Origin: the human T2T-CHM13v2.0 reference genome, Homo sapiens
Direction: 5' to 3' (one strand)
Assembly: GCF_009914755.1 (NCBI RefSeq)
Contig: NC_060933.1
Length of the DNA stretch: 64,000 nucleotides
Made by a program: the position numbers and the translations under genes. Below, one piece after another: positions 35,262 to 51,625 of this stretch. Below the pieces are notes generated by a model. It saw only the letters and a list, made by a program, of their open reading frames with translations, was not told the DNA's origin and did no database searches. How positions within the stretch are numbered: the first letter of the stretch is position 1; every line of letters starts with the position of its first letter.

Positions 35262-35853
35262 TGAGATAGGAGTTCTGCAGGACTGGTTTCACATGATACA
35301 GGTCACAAAGACCCCACTGAGAAAACAGGATGAGGTAAAGAATCTGGCCAAAACCTGCCAAAACCAAGATGCCAATGAAAGTGACCTCTGGTTGTCCTCA
35401 CTGCTCATTATATGCTAATTATAATACATTAGCATACTAGAGGAAACCCCCACTAGCACTCTGACAGTTTACAGTCATCATGGCAATGTAGGGAAGCTAC
35501 CATATATGGTCTGATGGGGGAGGAACCCTCAGTTCCAAGAATTCCCTGCCCCTTTCCTAGAAAACTTATGAATAATTCACCCCTTGTTTAGCATATGATT
35601 AAGAAAAACCATAAAAATAGCCAACTAGCAGCCATCACAGCTGCTCTTCCTATGCAGCTGCCACTCTTTTATTCCTTTGCCTTTTTTTTTTGAGACAGAG
35701 TCTCACTCTGTTGCCCAGGCTGGAGTGCAGTGCTTTCTTAATAAACTTGCTTTCACTTTACTCTGTCTGCTGGCTCTTGAATTCCTTCCTGTGTGAAGCC
35801 ATGAACCCATGTGGCCTCCCAAACTGAACTCCAATTTTGAGGTTTGCCCTGTA
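35262..35853 (+). mobile_element. MER41-family ERV1 solo LTR containing a ~50-bp Alu 3' fragment (35682-35732)
   Basis: gatacaggtcacaaagacc...aaaaccaagatg...cattatatgctaattataat; 4-bp TSD gaaa. Confidence 0.8.
35533..35562. promoter_or_regulatory. Tandem GAS (STAT) motifs TTCCAAGAA and TTCCTAGAA
   Basis: Two exact TTC-N3-GAA matches 21 bp apart inside the MER41 LTR; function not shown. Confidence 0.5.
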
Positions 35854-36093
35854 GAAAGGAATATAGTTTGAATTGAACAAATATTATGATTGTTGTATAT
35901 TATATGCTTCTGCTGTACTGAATTTTATGTTTCTCAGAGTTCTACGTCCTCTCTTACCTGGAATACTCTCACTCTCTCTGCCCTGTGTAATTTCATCATG
36001 GTTATCCTTCAAGTATGAACTCGTCTTTTCTCTAGGAAGCACTCCTTGACTCGTTGGGAACTAGGTTAGCTACTGCCTCTCTGTGCTCCTTGA

Positions 36094-37736
<1,643 letters not shown>

Positions 37737-37942
37737 TATCCAAATCAGGCTATATTGTTGTTACTTGTTTTGTTTAGATTTTGAGCTACTAGATTGTAAG
37801 CTCTGCGAGGACAAGCAATGTATCTTTAAGGTAACATTGACTCTTTGGTGCCTTGGCATAGTATTTGCTACATAGTAGTCTTAATGTTTTTGGAATAAAT
37901 GAATAATTTCAGCATCTTGTTTTTCCAAATATTTCTCAGCAT

Positions 37943-38290
37943 TGCTATGGGCTGAATATAATCATATTTAGAGATAAGGTCCTTAAAAAGGTAATTTATG
38001 TTAAAATGAGGTCTTTAGGCTGGCCTCTGATCAATATGACCGGTGTCCTTATAAGAAGTAGAAATTTGGATAGAGATTTGTACAGGCACAGAGGGAAGAC
38101 CATGTGAAGACATCAGAAGAAGACAGTCATCTAGGAACTAAGGAGAGAGGCCTTGGGATAACCCAGTCCTGCTGACAGCTTGGTCTCGGACCTTTAGCAT
38201 TCAGAACTGTGAAAAAATAACTTCCTGTTGCTTAAGGAATCCTGTCTGTGGTATTTTGTTATGGCAGCTCTAGCAAGCTATATAAACATA
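37943..38290 (+). mobile_element. MLT1 (MaLR) LTR
   Basis: ggtgtccttataagaag...gtctgtggtattttgttatggcagc. Confidence 0.75.
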
Positions 38291-38902
38291 ATAGCAAATA
38301 TCTGGATGACTAGATTATATAGTGTTTAGTTTTCTGACATGTCAAGAAAAATATTTCATTCAAGATGGTAACGACATATGCACCTTTATATTGCTTGACA
38401 GATAATATAAACTCAGTAATGGCATTGTGGAAAAGGACTGTAACAAACATGTTTCCATATCCTCATTTCTCTTTCTTAATAAAGTTCAGATTATTTCCCT
38501 TGGGCTTTATAACTCTCCGTACTATTACAAATTATTTTTCATAACTTGTATCTTGCTACTTCCCTTAGCCTATTCTAGTCTCAAGGAAATGAAAGTGTTT
38601 GCTGTTTTCTGTATATCCTTAACTTCCCACTTTCTTGCCTTCACTCATTGTTTATGGACTTCCAACACTGCTTTGTTCTATTCATTTAGTTAGTTCACAA
38701 GTATTTATTGATGCCTCAGTGTGTGCTGGAAACTGGGCTAGGAGCTGAAAGTATAATGATTAATAAAACCATAAGCCTTCTGCTGAAGGAGCTAATACTC
38801 TGGTAGGGGTAGACATTTAAGTAGGGTAACATAGGGCTCCAGGGAAGCAATGGACCAAGCCTTCGGTGGGGTGAGGGGAAGAGCTGCAGAAATGAGTCTA
38901 AG

Positions 38903-39114
38903 TCAGTGGTTCTCAAATGGGGATGAAAAGGGAGGAAGCATTTAACAATGTCTGGAGACATTTTTGGTTGTCACGACTTGGAGGTGGGTGTATGCTACTG
39001 GCATCTAGTGGGTAGAGATGCTGCAAAGCATATTACAGTGCACAAGATGGTCTCCCACAACAAATAATTATCTAGCTCACAAAGTTGATAGTGCTGAGGT
39101 TGAGAAATCCTGCT
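38903..39114. mobile_element. MER20 MITE inserted in an antisense L2
   Basis: cagtggttctcaa...tgctactggcatctagtgggtagag...gttgagaaatcctg. Confidence 0.8.
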
Positions 39115-39569
39115 GTAAATCAAGTTGTAAAATTTGAGTAGGAAGGTGTTTTGCCAGCCAAAGAATGGCAGCATTTGCAAAGATCTACTAGAGTTGAGAT
39201 ACCATGATTTGGCTAACTGGACTGAGTTTAATGTGGCTGGAGCTCAATGTTTGAATGGGAAGGAATTAGGCTTGAGAGGTAAGCCTGGCAATGTTCAGAG
39301 TTAGAGGCCTCAGAGCCGTGTTGATAATTTGGGATGTCTTCTCTTTGGCTGTTTGGAGCCTTTGATGGAGAGTTTGAGGTAAATCTGTTGATAAGTAACT
39401 AGTAACCATTCTGAGTGTATCTGCAGACACTAATGGTAAAGCACTATGGCTGAGAATAACTATTCTAGCAAGTCTGAACTCTGGGTTACCCATCTAGTGA
39501 GGATCACTGATGAATCTATGTAAGGGAGGATAACTGCTATGGTTTGAATGTGTCCCCTACAGATTCTGT

Positions 39570-40212
39570 TACTGAAGGGGCATTTAAAGTGAACCCACTT
39601 GAAGTAGGGATACAAATTTTATCATAGAGAGTGAGGGAACTTGACTGGGGCTTTGTGTTGGGGTCCTCAAGACCACCTCAGGCTGTGATTCACTAAAAGG
39701 ACTCACAGAACTCAGAAAGCTGTTTATGCTCACAGTTATTGTTACTACAGCGAAAGAATACAGATTAAAATCAGTGCAGGGAAAAGGCAGACGGATGAAG
39801 TCCTGGAGAACCAGGAGTCAGATTCCAGGTAGGCCCTCCCAGTTGAATCACATGAGGAATGTCTCCCAACGACAATGCATGACAAAACATGTGAAGTATT
39901 ACCAACCAGGGAAGCTCACCCAACCCAGGTGTCCAGGGTTTTTATTTGTCAGTCATGTAAACTTGTATCACCTGTGTGAACCTATCACCTGTGTGAACCT
40001 GTGCGACTGACCTTAGTTACTCAGTCTCCAGCTCCTCAGAGGTCAGACAGGTACAGTGTGGCTCAAGGCTACCAGCAAAATACTCTTATGAGGAAGATAT
40101 TCCACAAACTTAAGAGTTTCTCTCTCAGGAGCCTGTCATGGGTCAGTCCTCCTTTCTTTGAATGAATGGGGTTTGAGCAACCTTGGCCTGATGAATTAAC
40201 ACTTTACTGCAT
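39570..40212. mobile_element. MER21-like LTR
   Basis: ggggtcctcaagaccacc...ggactcacagaactcagaaagc; boundaries approximate. Confidence 0.6.
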
Positions 40213-40279
40213 AGTTGTTTTTTTTTTTTTTTTAAGTTAGGGAGGTTATAGTTTTGTCTTTCCCTGTTTTACTATGAGT

Positions 40280-40655
40280 TTTTAAAAATTGTGTAAAATA
40301 TATATAATATAAAAGATGTTAATTTTAACTGTACAGTTCAGTAGCATTAAATGCATTCACATGTTATATAACTATCACTGTCATCCATCTCCAGAACTTT
40401 TTCATCATCCCCAAACTGAAAATTTGATGTGTTATTAAAAAATAGCTCCCCATTCCCTGATCCACCAGCTCCAGGTAACCACTGTTGTACTTCCTGTCTC
40501 TTTGAATTAGGCTGCCCCAGGCACCTCATATGTAAGTGGAATCATACGGGATTTGTCTTTTTAACTAGCTTCTTGCACTTAGTATAATGTCTTTTAAGTT
40601 TCATCCATGTTGTTAGCCAGTATCAGAATTTTATTCCTATTTAATGCTGATATAG
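40280..40655 (-). mobile_element. L1MB 3' end
   Basis: gtacagttcagtagcattaa...catccatctccagaactttttcatc. Confidence 0.75.
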
Positions 40656-41990
40656 CACAGACTTTAATTTGAAAACATAAACTGAAGATGGTAAAAAGTA
40701 TTTTTTAAAAATCTTATATTCAACAAAAGTTACATAATTGAAACTGTGCTAATCCTTAAAATGTAAAAGAAGTGACTTGAGTACTCATTTTAGGGACATA
40801 GTTTTTCTGACAAAATTATATAAGAACATAATACAGTATCCTTTACCAGGTCAAGAAGAGAGGGATGTTTTTGCAGAAATGTCCCTTGGCTTCTCTAGTT
40901 TTCCCAGGGGCCTCTCTCAGTTCTTAGAGAGTTAATTCATTCTCTTTTGAAGTACCTGTTGTATCATCCTTGAGAATTCTCCACAGTTGCTGTCTGATCT
41001 AATTGTATCTGGTCTAACTCTGCCAGACGTTCCTTTGTTAAAATGGCTTTGCATGTGATTAAAGCAGTTCTCTAGCATTGTTAAGTGACTGACTTGTTCA
41101 AATCCTGCATCTTTGGTGGTTTATAGTTCCAGTTTATGTTCATCCTACTTGTATAGTCTCATGTTTCCAGCATCTAAAAATCAGAGTGACATAAACAGGT
41201 TCCCAGAAGTAGATACTAGGTGGGTAGTTTGAATGGGGACTGGTCAGCTCATTGGTGAATATTTTTGTGTGTGACAGCTTTTGCCTCATCATTATAGGGT
41301 CATAGTTAATGAACATCTGGACCACGAGGATCCCTGTAGTTTTATTTGTGAGAGTATTGAGTGTTTGCTTAACAATCTGTTAGAGAATTTAGTTCACTTA
41401 CATGTCCAGGGCCCAAAGTGAGTAAATGTTCCTCACAGAAACCTCTGGAACATGCTTCTTTAAGTTGCCATAATTTAAACTCTCAAAGTTGGGTGGACTG
41501 ACAGAGGATTAAGAGTCTTTGGTTTTAAACCTTTACCATTCTTATTTCTAATGCTCAGTCAGCTTACACCGTGTTCATAGTAATCCACTCTCAGTGTTCA
41601 CAGGCCTAATGTGTTAACTATAAATAGAAAAATAGACTGCCAGCCTGTGGGAACCAGGCCTGTGCCAGGGAGGGTCATTATAAGAGGCAGTCACTCTTCA
41701 CTTGAGAGGTTTAAAAACTGAAAATGGTGGATATTTTTTCCTCACATCCTCGTGAAACAGTGATGCTTAATGTTCAAATATGTTATAACACAGGATGATT
41801 AGCAAGAAATCATCAACATAGTGAATTTGGGATTACTCACTTAAAAACAAGGAAAACGCTCCTCTTTCCCTCTCCAGTGCCTTAGTCAGATATTCTGGGG
41901 TTGCATGTGTAGGGTGGAACATTGGCTACAGCTCAGGAAGCGAGAGGGAGGAGATATCCATTCATGATCATCTTCAACAACTCTTAGCTC

Positions 41991-42071
41991 CAAGTTGGCA
42001 TGCAGCTGTGTACAATTCAAGTCGGCATGGAGCTGTGTACCATTCAAGTTGGCATGGAGCTGTATGCCATT
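41991..42071. repeat. 27-bp minisatellite x3
   Basis: caagt(t/c)ggcatg(c/g)agctgt... units start at 41991, 42018 and 42045. Confidence 0.9.
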
Positions 42072-42229
42072 TCTTTGGAGTAGTGCAGCACATCATCCCT
42101 TTATGATGGGGAAGAGCGGGGAGCACTGAGCCTGGTGCGCGCACAGGGTTCAGGAATGTCACTTGAGAGATGGCATTGGTTAGTAGTACTCACCCCGGGT
42201 TAGATCACTTTGGTTTGAATCCTGATTCC

Positions 42230-42651
42230 TTCCCCCATCCTCTGCCCTCCCCTCCACACCCTTTTCCTTTCCTTTCCTTTCTTCTCCTCTCCTTGTCCTC
42301 TCCTCTCCTCCCCTCCCCTCCCCTCTGCTCCCCTCCCCTGCCCTCTCCCCTCTCCCCTCTCCCCTCCCCTTCTTTTCCTACTTTTAGACAGGGTCTCACT
42401 CTGTCACCCAGGCCAGAGTGCAGTGGTATGATCGTTGGCTCACTGTAGCCTTGACTTCCCAGACTCAAGCATTCCTCCTGGCTTCAGCCTCCCAAGTAGC
42501 TGGGACTACAGCTCATCTAGCTAATTTTTTTGTTTTGTAGAGATGAGGTTTTGCTGTGTTGCCCAGGCTGGTCTTGATCAAACTCCTGGGCTCAAGCCAT
42601 CCTCCTGCTTCAATGTGCTGGGATTTCAGGTGTGAGCCACCGCACCTGGCC
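42230..42651 (-). mobile_element. AluJ with C/T-rich expanded tail, inserted in a MIR
   Basis: Pyrimidine tract 42230-42385 then antisense Alu; MIR core resumes at ~42660. Confidence 0.8.
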
Positions 42652-43398
42652 CTGGTTCCCTTATTTACTAGCTTTTTGACATTGGACACATTTCTTAAAC
42701 TTTCCAACTCAGTTTTATCTGTAAAATGGAGATAATAATAGTACTGCCTTATAAAGGTCAATGTGTTAATATTTCTGATGTGCTTAGAATAGAGCTTGGA
42801 ACAACATAGTAAGTGCTACATTACACTGTGTACTGTTATCTTTATTGTTAATTTCTCAGGGGAGCCTTTGAAGACATTTCTAAATAGGTCAAATCTCTGC
42901 TTTATAAGATCTAATGACGTCACTTATCACACAGTGTTGATAATGAGTACCAGTAACTAGGTTTATTTGTTTCATTATGGGATTAATCAGATACTTTCTA
43001 CATAAATGAGAGTAAGAACCATGTTTATTTTTTGTGCACATTGTTCACAAGGCCTGATAAGTGTTCAAGAAATATTTATTGAATGAATAAATATTTTCAT
43101 AGTTATAAAGTAGTTCAGCAATAAGATATAATTTCACCTCTAAAACTAGCAAAGATTGAAAAAAATAATGCCATCATACCTAGGCAGAGAGGTAGGAAAT
43201 AGATGGTATCATGTACTGTAAGTAGGATCAGTCTGCAGCAGAGCCTAGCTTAAAGGCAGTTTGACCAAAAGAACTACAGAAATTTCTTCTTTTGATTCTA
43301 TGTCTCAGCATTTATCAAAATGACATAGAGGTATGTAAAAAACCGTGAATATAAAAAGATGTTCATGAAGGCACTTACATTAGTTAATAATTAGAACA

Positions 43399-43703
<305 letters not shown>

Positions 43704-43782
43704 TAGAATAGAGCTAAACAAAATGTCCAAAAGTAAAGGATTGGTTAATTATAATATATCCATCATTAAAAATTATGTAGAA

Positions 43783-44037
43783 CCATGGTTCTCAAATGCA
43801 CATTCTTATATTGGCTACAAACACTAGATAAAAACACAGATTCCCAAACCCAACCTCTTGGTCAGTGACTCAGAATCTCTGTGGTTTAGCTAAGAAACAG
43901 GTCCTGTATTTTCTAACAAGAATCCTAGGTGATTCCACTGCACAGCCTGATTTGGAAGAACCCTGGGCAGTTTCATTGCACAGCCTGATTTGGAAGAACC
44001 CTAGATGATTTCACTGTACAGCCTGATTTGGAGCCAA
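43783..44037. mobile_element. MER5-type MITE with triplicated 38-bp terminus
   Basis: tg(c/t)acagcctgatttgga at 43939, 43977 and 44015. Confidence 0.7.
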
Positions 44038-44637
44038 TGTTACAGTGTGTGCATTGGCTCCTAGTCAGCTGAGCCCAGGGGTCTTAAAACCAAATGAAAT
44101 GACAACTAAGAAAAAAGAGTTAAAATCTGTGAGGACTCTGGAAAACAAGAAAGGAGGACTTCAGAAGAACTAAAAACAAAAATACTGCAAGAAGGGAAAA
44201 AGATTGAATCAGATTCTGACGACACAGAAAGGTAATTAGTGCTGAGCACCTAACACAAGTCAAAGAAAAGTCTTCTCCCCTAACTTTATCCTCCCAGAAA
44301 AATTAGTGGGTGAGTTCTTCCAAAAGGAACATAGACTGTCCCCAAACTGGAGCAGCAAGGCCTGGTTTGGAGGTGGTAGGCGTGGTTGCTTGTTCCATCT
44401 CCTGGGCACAGAGCATCTGTCTTAGAGCTTACCTCCAGGCAATATTTTGAAGGAGTGTCTCATTAAGAGTGAGTGTCATTTATAGTTTTAGTTGCCATGG
44501 ACATTCCTGAGATCCCATGAGCAGAGGCCAGGCAAGTGGGAGAGTTGAGAAACAAGTAAGACAGACATTGCACTATACAGAGTGGGTGATCATGGTGTTC
44601 ACCCTCCTGCCTTGATAAATGCCTCTTGGAAACCAAG

Positions 44638-45345
44638 TGCCTCAGCTCCTTTCTGCTGCTGTAACAAAATATCTGAGACTGGGTAATTTATAAAGAACAG
44701 AAATTTATTTCTCATATCTCTAGAGGCTGGAAAGTCCAAGATCAAGATTCCAGCAGGTTCATTGCCTTCTGCTCCATGGATGGCATCTTCTCGTCTTCTC
44801 ACAGTATGCTCACAGTATGCTCGCATGGCAGAAGGGGCAGAAAAGGGACAGACGCTGTGCGCTCGAATAGCAGAAGGACCTAAGCTAGTTTCCTCCAGCT
44901 CTTTTGTAAGGCACTAATCTATTCATAAGAGTGGAACCCTCATGACTTAATCACTTTTTAAAAGCCTTCACTTCTTGACCCGGTGCGGTGGCTCACGCCT
45001 GTAATCCTAGCACTTTGGGAGGCCAAGGCGGGCAGATCACTTGAGGTCAGGAGTTTAAGACCAGCCTGGCCAACATGGTAAAACCCGTCTCTACTAAAAA
45101 TACAAAAATTAGCTGGTCCTGGTGACACGTGCCTATAATCCCAGCTACTTTGGAGGTTGAGGCAGGAGAATCACTTGAAAACCTGGGAGACAGAGATTGC
45201 AGTGAGCCAAGATCGCACCATTGCACACTCCAGCCTGGGGGACAAGAGTGAAACTCTGTCTCCAAAAAAAAAGCTTCACTTCTTAAAACCGCAATGGGGA
45301 TTAGTTTCAACGTGAATTTTGGAGGGGATACATTCAAACCATAGC
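44638..45345 (-). mobile_element. MST-family LTR interrupted by AluS (44977-45272, +)
   Basis: gagactgggtaatttataaagaacagaaatttatt...cattcaaaccatagca; Alu TSD ttcacttctt. Confidence 0.8.
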
Positions 45346-46164
45346 ACCAAGTGAAGTTTAAAATACTGCATGACATCTTGCATCTTCCTTAAGTAGACCT
45401 CAGCTGGCTGTCAATTTCTGTCCCTGTTACCTGCAAGGTTGACTCAGCTTTCGGTTTCTCTCTACCACGCCTCCATACCCAGGGCAAAGTCTGCTGCCTG
45501 CACACAGGTAGCTACTGGCTGAGTTCTTTGAAGGGCACTGGGGTTCGGTTTGAAAGTTTTGCTACCAAATACACATGCCCTTTCATATTCACATCACTCC
45601 TACTTAATTCACAAGCTTTGCTCTCCACTTTTGTTGTAAATTGTATATAGTACAGCCCTCTCTTCACTTAGACTTCTTTGTAAAAATTATAATTTTTTGT
45701 AGAGATAGGGTCTTACTGTGTTGCCCAGGCTGTTCTCCACCTCCTGTCCTCAAGCAATCTTCCTGTCTCAGCCTCCCAAAGTGCTGGAATTACAGGCGTG
45801 AGCCACTGAGTCCAGCCCACTTAGGTTTCTTTAGTGAACTAGGCAAAAGATTGTACAGGCTTTCTGAGTCAGTTTGATTGCAATGAAAACGATGCATACT
45901 TGTTGAAAGATTTTAATCTAGGGAGTGTTGCAGTTGGATTGTTGACCCCTCCCCTCTCTGAATCATTGCTATGCTTAATGTAATCCTGAATGGGCAGGAG
46001 TGCCCTCTGTTCTTGTCAGATTGGGCTGGGGGTAGTGGGGCAGGGAGACACAATGCTAAGTAGAAGGTTGAGCGTACAGGTGGACAGAACAGGTGGGTAG
46101 ACATATTTCAGATCACAGTATTCATGAGAACCCAGTTGCTTTTGTTCCTTCAGTATTCATTCAG

Positions 46165-46438
46165 TGTTTTGTTTTTGTTTTTGTTTTTTGAGACAGAGTG
46201 GCCCAATCATGGCTCACTGCAGCCTCAACCTCCCAGGCTCAAGTGATCCTCCCACCTCACCCTCCCGAGTAGCTGGGACTAACGGCACGTACCACCACAC
46301 AAGGCTAATTTTTCCAGTCTTTTGTAGAGACAGGGTCTCACTCTATTACCTAGGCTGGCCTTGAATACCCAGGCTTAAGCAGTCCTCCCTGGTTGGCCTG
46401 CTAAAGTGTTGGAATTACAGGAACCACCACACCCAGCC
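46165..46438 (-). mobile_element. AluJ (internally deleted)
   Basis: Antisense Alu. Confidence 0.8.
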
Positions 46439-47127
46439 CCATTCAGTGTTTCTTGAATGCCTTCTGTGTGTTAGGCTTTGTTCAAGGTGCTAAAGACAGT
46501 GCTGGGCAAAATTTCTACCCTCCTATAGCCTGCATTCAGGACTTAGAGAAGGATCACAGAGCACAAAGATGCCTGGCCCTGGCACACATCTGTCCAGCCC
46601 CTAAGCAGTGTATTTGTGTAATGATCTCTCAAATCCTAAAAAATATTTAGAAATCTAATTCTGGGATTCAGGCCTCAGCAGCCAGGAAGATGTCTCTGCC
46701 AGCTACTGAGATATTAATTAGGGAAACATTAGGGTATATATCTCAGCTAACCAGATTCACAGAGGTGGATGAAAGCATCATCTCATGAGACAGTACCATG
46801 AGAAAAGGAATGCCAGGACCACTGATGAACCTAGTTTTAAGGTCAAAGCAAGGGCGATGAGCCAGTGACAGAAACTGAGAAGTAGCTGTAGGAATCTGAG
46901 GTAGGTCAACGCTGAGAAATCTGTAAATGTAACTTACGACATGAAAAACAAAAATATCATATTTATACTTGACCAAATACTTGATAAAATTCAACAGCTT
47001 TTCCAACTAAGAAAGACAGAAAACATTTTTAACATAGTATAAGAAAATGTTATAGGAATAAATACCTAATATCATATTTAATATGATATGGCATACTGGA
47101 CACTTTGCATAAAAGTTAGGAGTTAGA

Positions 47128-47418
<291 letters not shown>

Positions 47419-49255
47419 TTAGCAATTAGAAAACAATTTTGAAAAATAAGAATAATGAGAAGGGGTTTGCCTTCTTGAATTTAAAGTATTCAGCTACAGT
47501 AATTTTAAATGGTGTAGTATTAATTGTAAAATAGATAAGTAGATTAATGAGTCAGAATATACATTCTAGAACTATATGGGAAGAGATAAGGACATTTTTG
47601 TGCTTTTGCAAAGGGACCATAATACCAAATTAAAACCGTGTCAATTTTTAAATTCTTTTGCATTTCTCAGGAAAATGACCTCTCTACTTCTTTGAATATT
47701 TTCTAGAATGAGTGGTATGGCCCCAAATTGGGAGGCTTAGTCCTGTTACCAGTGACCTGAAATTCAAGTCATCTTGATGTCTGTTAAGCCTATTTCAGAG
47801 TTTCTAAAATATTTCATTTTATGAATAAAAATAGGTTACTCACATTCCCAACATTGTCACTGACTCACCATCTCTCATCTGGAACAATTATACCACTTTC
47901 AGCACTCACCATCCACATACCTAAAAATAAGAGTCAGAATGGAGGGGCTATTAAAATGATATACACCGTAGCTTCAGATCTCATTCCCATGAGCAAATAT
48001 TTCACAGTGATAAGAAAGACCTGTCCTCCCTTCCTAAGAGCTAGTGAAGATATAAGAATTAATTTGTATATTATATAACACTTTGGGTACAACACTTTGG
48101 GTACAAAGTGTTATATAATATTAACTTATTACCACATTTAAAATGCTAATTTAAGGTTCACCCACTCTGCACAAAGAAAATACATGCCTGCATGTTTCAT
48201 CTTTTTCTACACCCTTCAGAAGTGTAGCAGCAATGCAAATCAGAAGCTTTGTAAAACATAGTAGTTTTGAAAACCAGCGACCAGGGATGAGTTCTTGGAA
48301 TTGAACCAGCCCTGCAGGTTCTTCTACGTAGACATGTGAAGGATGTGTTGGAGTCAAGGGTGACTTGCAGGATTTGGGCTTCAGCATTTGAAGGGATGGT
48401 AATGCCATTTACTGAGATATTAATTTGTATATTAATTGTCTGATAACCAGATCCACAGGGGTGAAGGAGAGCCTCATCTAGTGAGACTATGAGAAGAAAA
48501 CACACTAATAAACTTTGGTTTTAAAGGTCAAAATAGAGTGATGTGCTCTAGCAAAGGAAACCAAGAATAGCAGAATAAGGAAAGGCAGTATCATGGAAGC
48601 TAAGGGAAGAGAGGGTTTCAAGTGAGGCAGAGAACAGCTCTGATTGCTGCTGAGAAGCCAAGAGAAGAGGACTGAGGAGTGCCAATGGAATGTCTTGATA
48701 TAGAGGTTATTGGTGACCTTGGCCAGGGCAGTTCCAGTGGAGTCTGGGGAGGCACATGTATTTCACTTTGTTCTCTGAAATCTGGGATCAGCCCACCTAT
48801 AGTTTATTTACCAAGGTGAGGCTGTATTTTCAAGCATCGGGGACAGATTCTTTGTTATGAGACACTGTTACTCTGTTAAGCCTTGGACAATTCCATCAGG
48901 AGAATGAGGCTATGTTAAAGGCAATTAAAAATGTTAAACATCACTCACTCTGAGACAGAATTTTCAGATTTTCTATTTACTATACTTCTTTGAGTGGGCT
49001 GTAAAGTATGAATCATGTCAAATCTCGCCCATTGATGAGAAAACCACTTTAAAATGTGATGGAATAATATTGCTAGTCATCACATGGGGAACAATTTTAG
49101 TGAGTGGAATGCCATTGCAATTCATTTTAATCCTTTTCTGATAGTGTATACTAAAAACCTACTTAGTATAAATTATATAAATTAAAAAACATGAATGATT
49201 GGGAAAGTTCTTAAGAATTTTGAGGTATTTATAAGTATTTTAGGTAGCTGCACTG

Positions 49256-49677
49256 ATTTTTTTTTTTTGAGACAGTGTCTTACTATGTTGCCTAGGCTGG
49301 TCTTGAACTCTAGGCCTCAAGCAATCCTTCTGCCTTGGCCTGGCCTGCACTGATATTTTTGAAGCTGCTTTTTTTTTCTTTTTCTTTTTTTTTTTTTTTT
49401 TTTGAAGAGATAGGGTCTTGCTGCGTCATCCAGGGTGGAGTGCAGTGGTATGATCATAGTGCACTATAACCTCAAACTCCTAGGCATAAGCAGTCGTCCT
49501 CCCTCAGCCTCTCGAGTAGCTAGGACTACAGGTTCATGCCACTGCCTCTGGCTAATTTTTTAAATGTTTTATAGAGAAAGGGTCTCCAGCTGGTCTCAAA
49601 CTCTTGGCCTCAAGTGATCCTACAGCATTGGCCTCCCAAAGTGCTGAGATGACAGGCATGAGCCACCACACCTGGCC
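49256..49677 (-). mobile_element. Alu monomer fragment followed by AluJ
   Basis: Two antisense Alu segments. Confidence 0.8.
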
Positions 49678-50184
49678 TTGCATTTTTGATATAGTATCAG
49701 TATCAAATTATTGACTAAGATCAAGGTGTTTGTTTTCCACGACCGTAGAAATTATATTACAAATTATTTTAAAAATTAATTTTCTTGGCAAAGGTATAAC
49801 TAGTTTGCGTCACATAACTGTATTTCAAGTTAGGACTTAAACTGGATCAGTTTCTCAAAGAGCTGGTGAGCAGCATTTGTTAGGAGATGGGTAGGTGAAG
49901 TATGGTAGAAGTGGTTAGGGTAAGAATTACTTTAGATCATGGCATCTATTATCCTGAGTCTGTGGGATGCTAGAATATTGCAAGGTAGTTGCTAAGGGTG
50001 GATAACTTTTGATAGGTATCATGGAAGACTTCCAGAATCTTTCTTAGGACTTTTGGTTGTGCTTTTCCTTCTGACTGGAAAAACCTTTTCTCTCTGTCTG
50101 TCCCCTCCCTTCTTCATCTGTGAATTCTTGCTAATTCTTCAGCAATTAACTTAAATACCACTTTCTCAGAGAAGCTTACACTGA

Positions 50185-50543
<359 letters not shown>

Positions 50544-50762
50544 TGTCTTTGCAAAATTCTTAATAGAACTGCAGCAAAATTATTTCTTGTATCATTAGTT
50601 CTTTGTTTCTTCCTGCCTTGCCACCATGAGTTCCATGTGAGCACAGTTCATGACTGTTATTAATGGCAGTATCCCCAGTGCCTAGTGGCCCACTGTCATA
50701 CAATATTTATTGAATAGAAATGCTACTGAAAAGCCCATATGATTTCTCTTAAAAGAAACTCG

Positions 50763-51115
<353 letters not shown>

Positions 51116-51429
51116 TCATATAGTTGGTCTAAGGGCCTGTTTGCATGGCTCCCAGAGACGGAGATGTCTGGGTAAATGAGCCTTGTTTTATAATGTTGCT
51201 TTAAATTTAGGAGTGACTTGAGTCTAAGAAGTCAGAATGTTAAATGAGAACCTCATTTGTGCCTGAGTGCACTGTGCTGTATTGTATATGTTCGCTGTCT
51301 GGGCCTCACTTTGTGAGTGTATTGCACTATATTGTGTATTATTCTCTGTAGTTACATGGTAGACCACCAAAATGGGGGGAAAGCCCCTAATTTCAGGTGA
51401 GCAATTATGAAGTGATTATTTTTTTCACA

Positions 51430-51625
51430 TTTTATAGATATAAATTCATTTAATTCTCATAATAACACTGTGAAGTCAGTATTCTTATCATTTTACAGAT
51501 AAGGAAACTAAGGGACCGAGAGGTAAAATAACTTGCCCAAGGTCACATAGCTAGCAAGTGGCCAGAACTAGGATTTAAACCCAGGCCATCTGGCAGTGGA
51601 GTCCAGGCTCTTCACCCCTGCACTG
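51430..51625 (-). mobile_element. MIR
   Basis: cattttacagataaggaaact...aacttgcccaaggtcaca. Confidence 0.8.
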
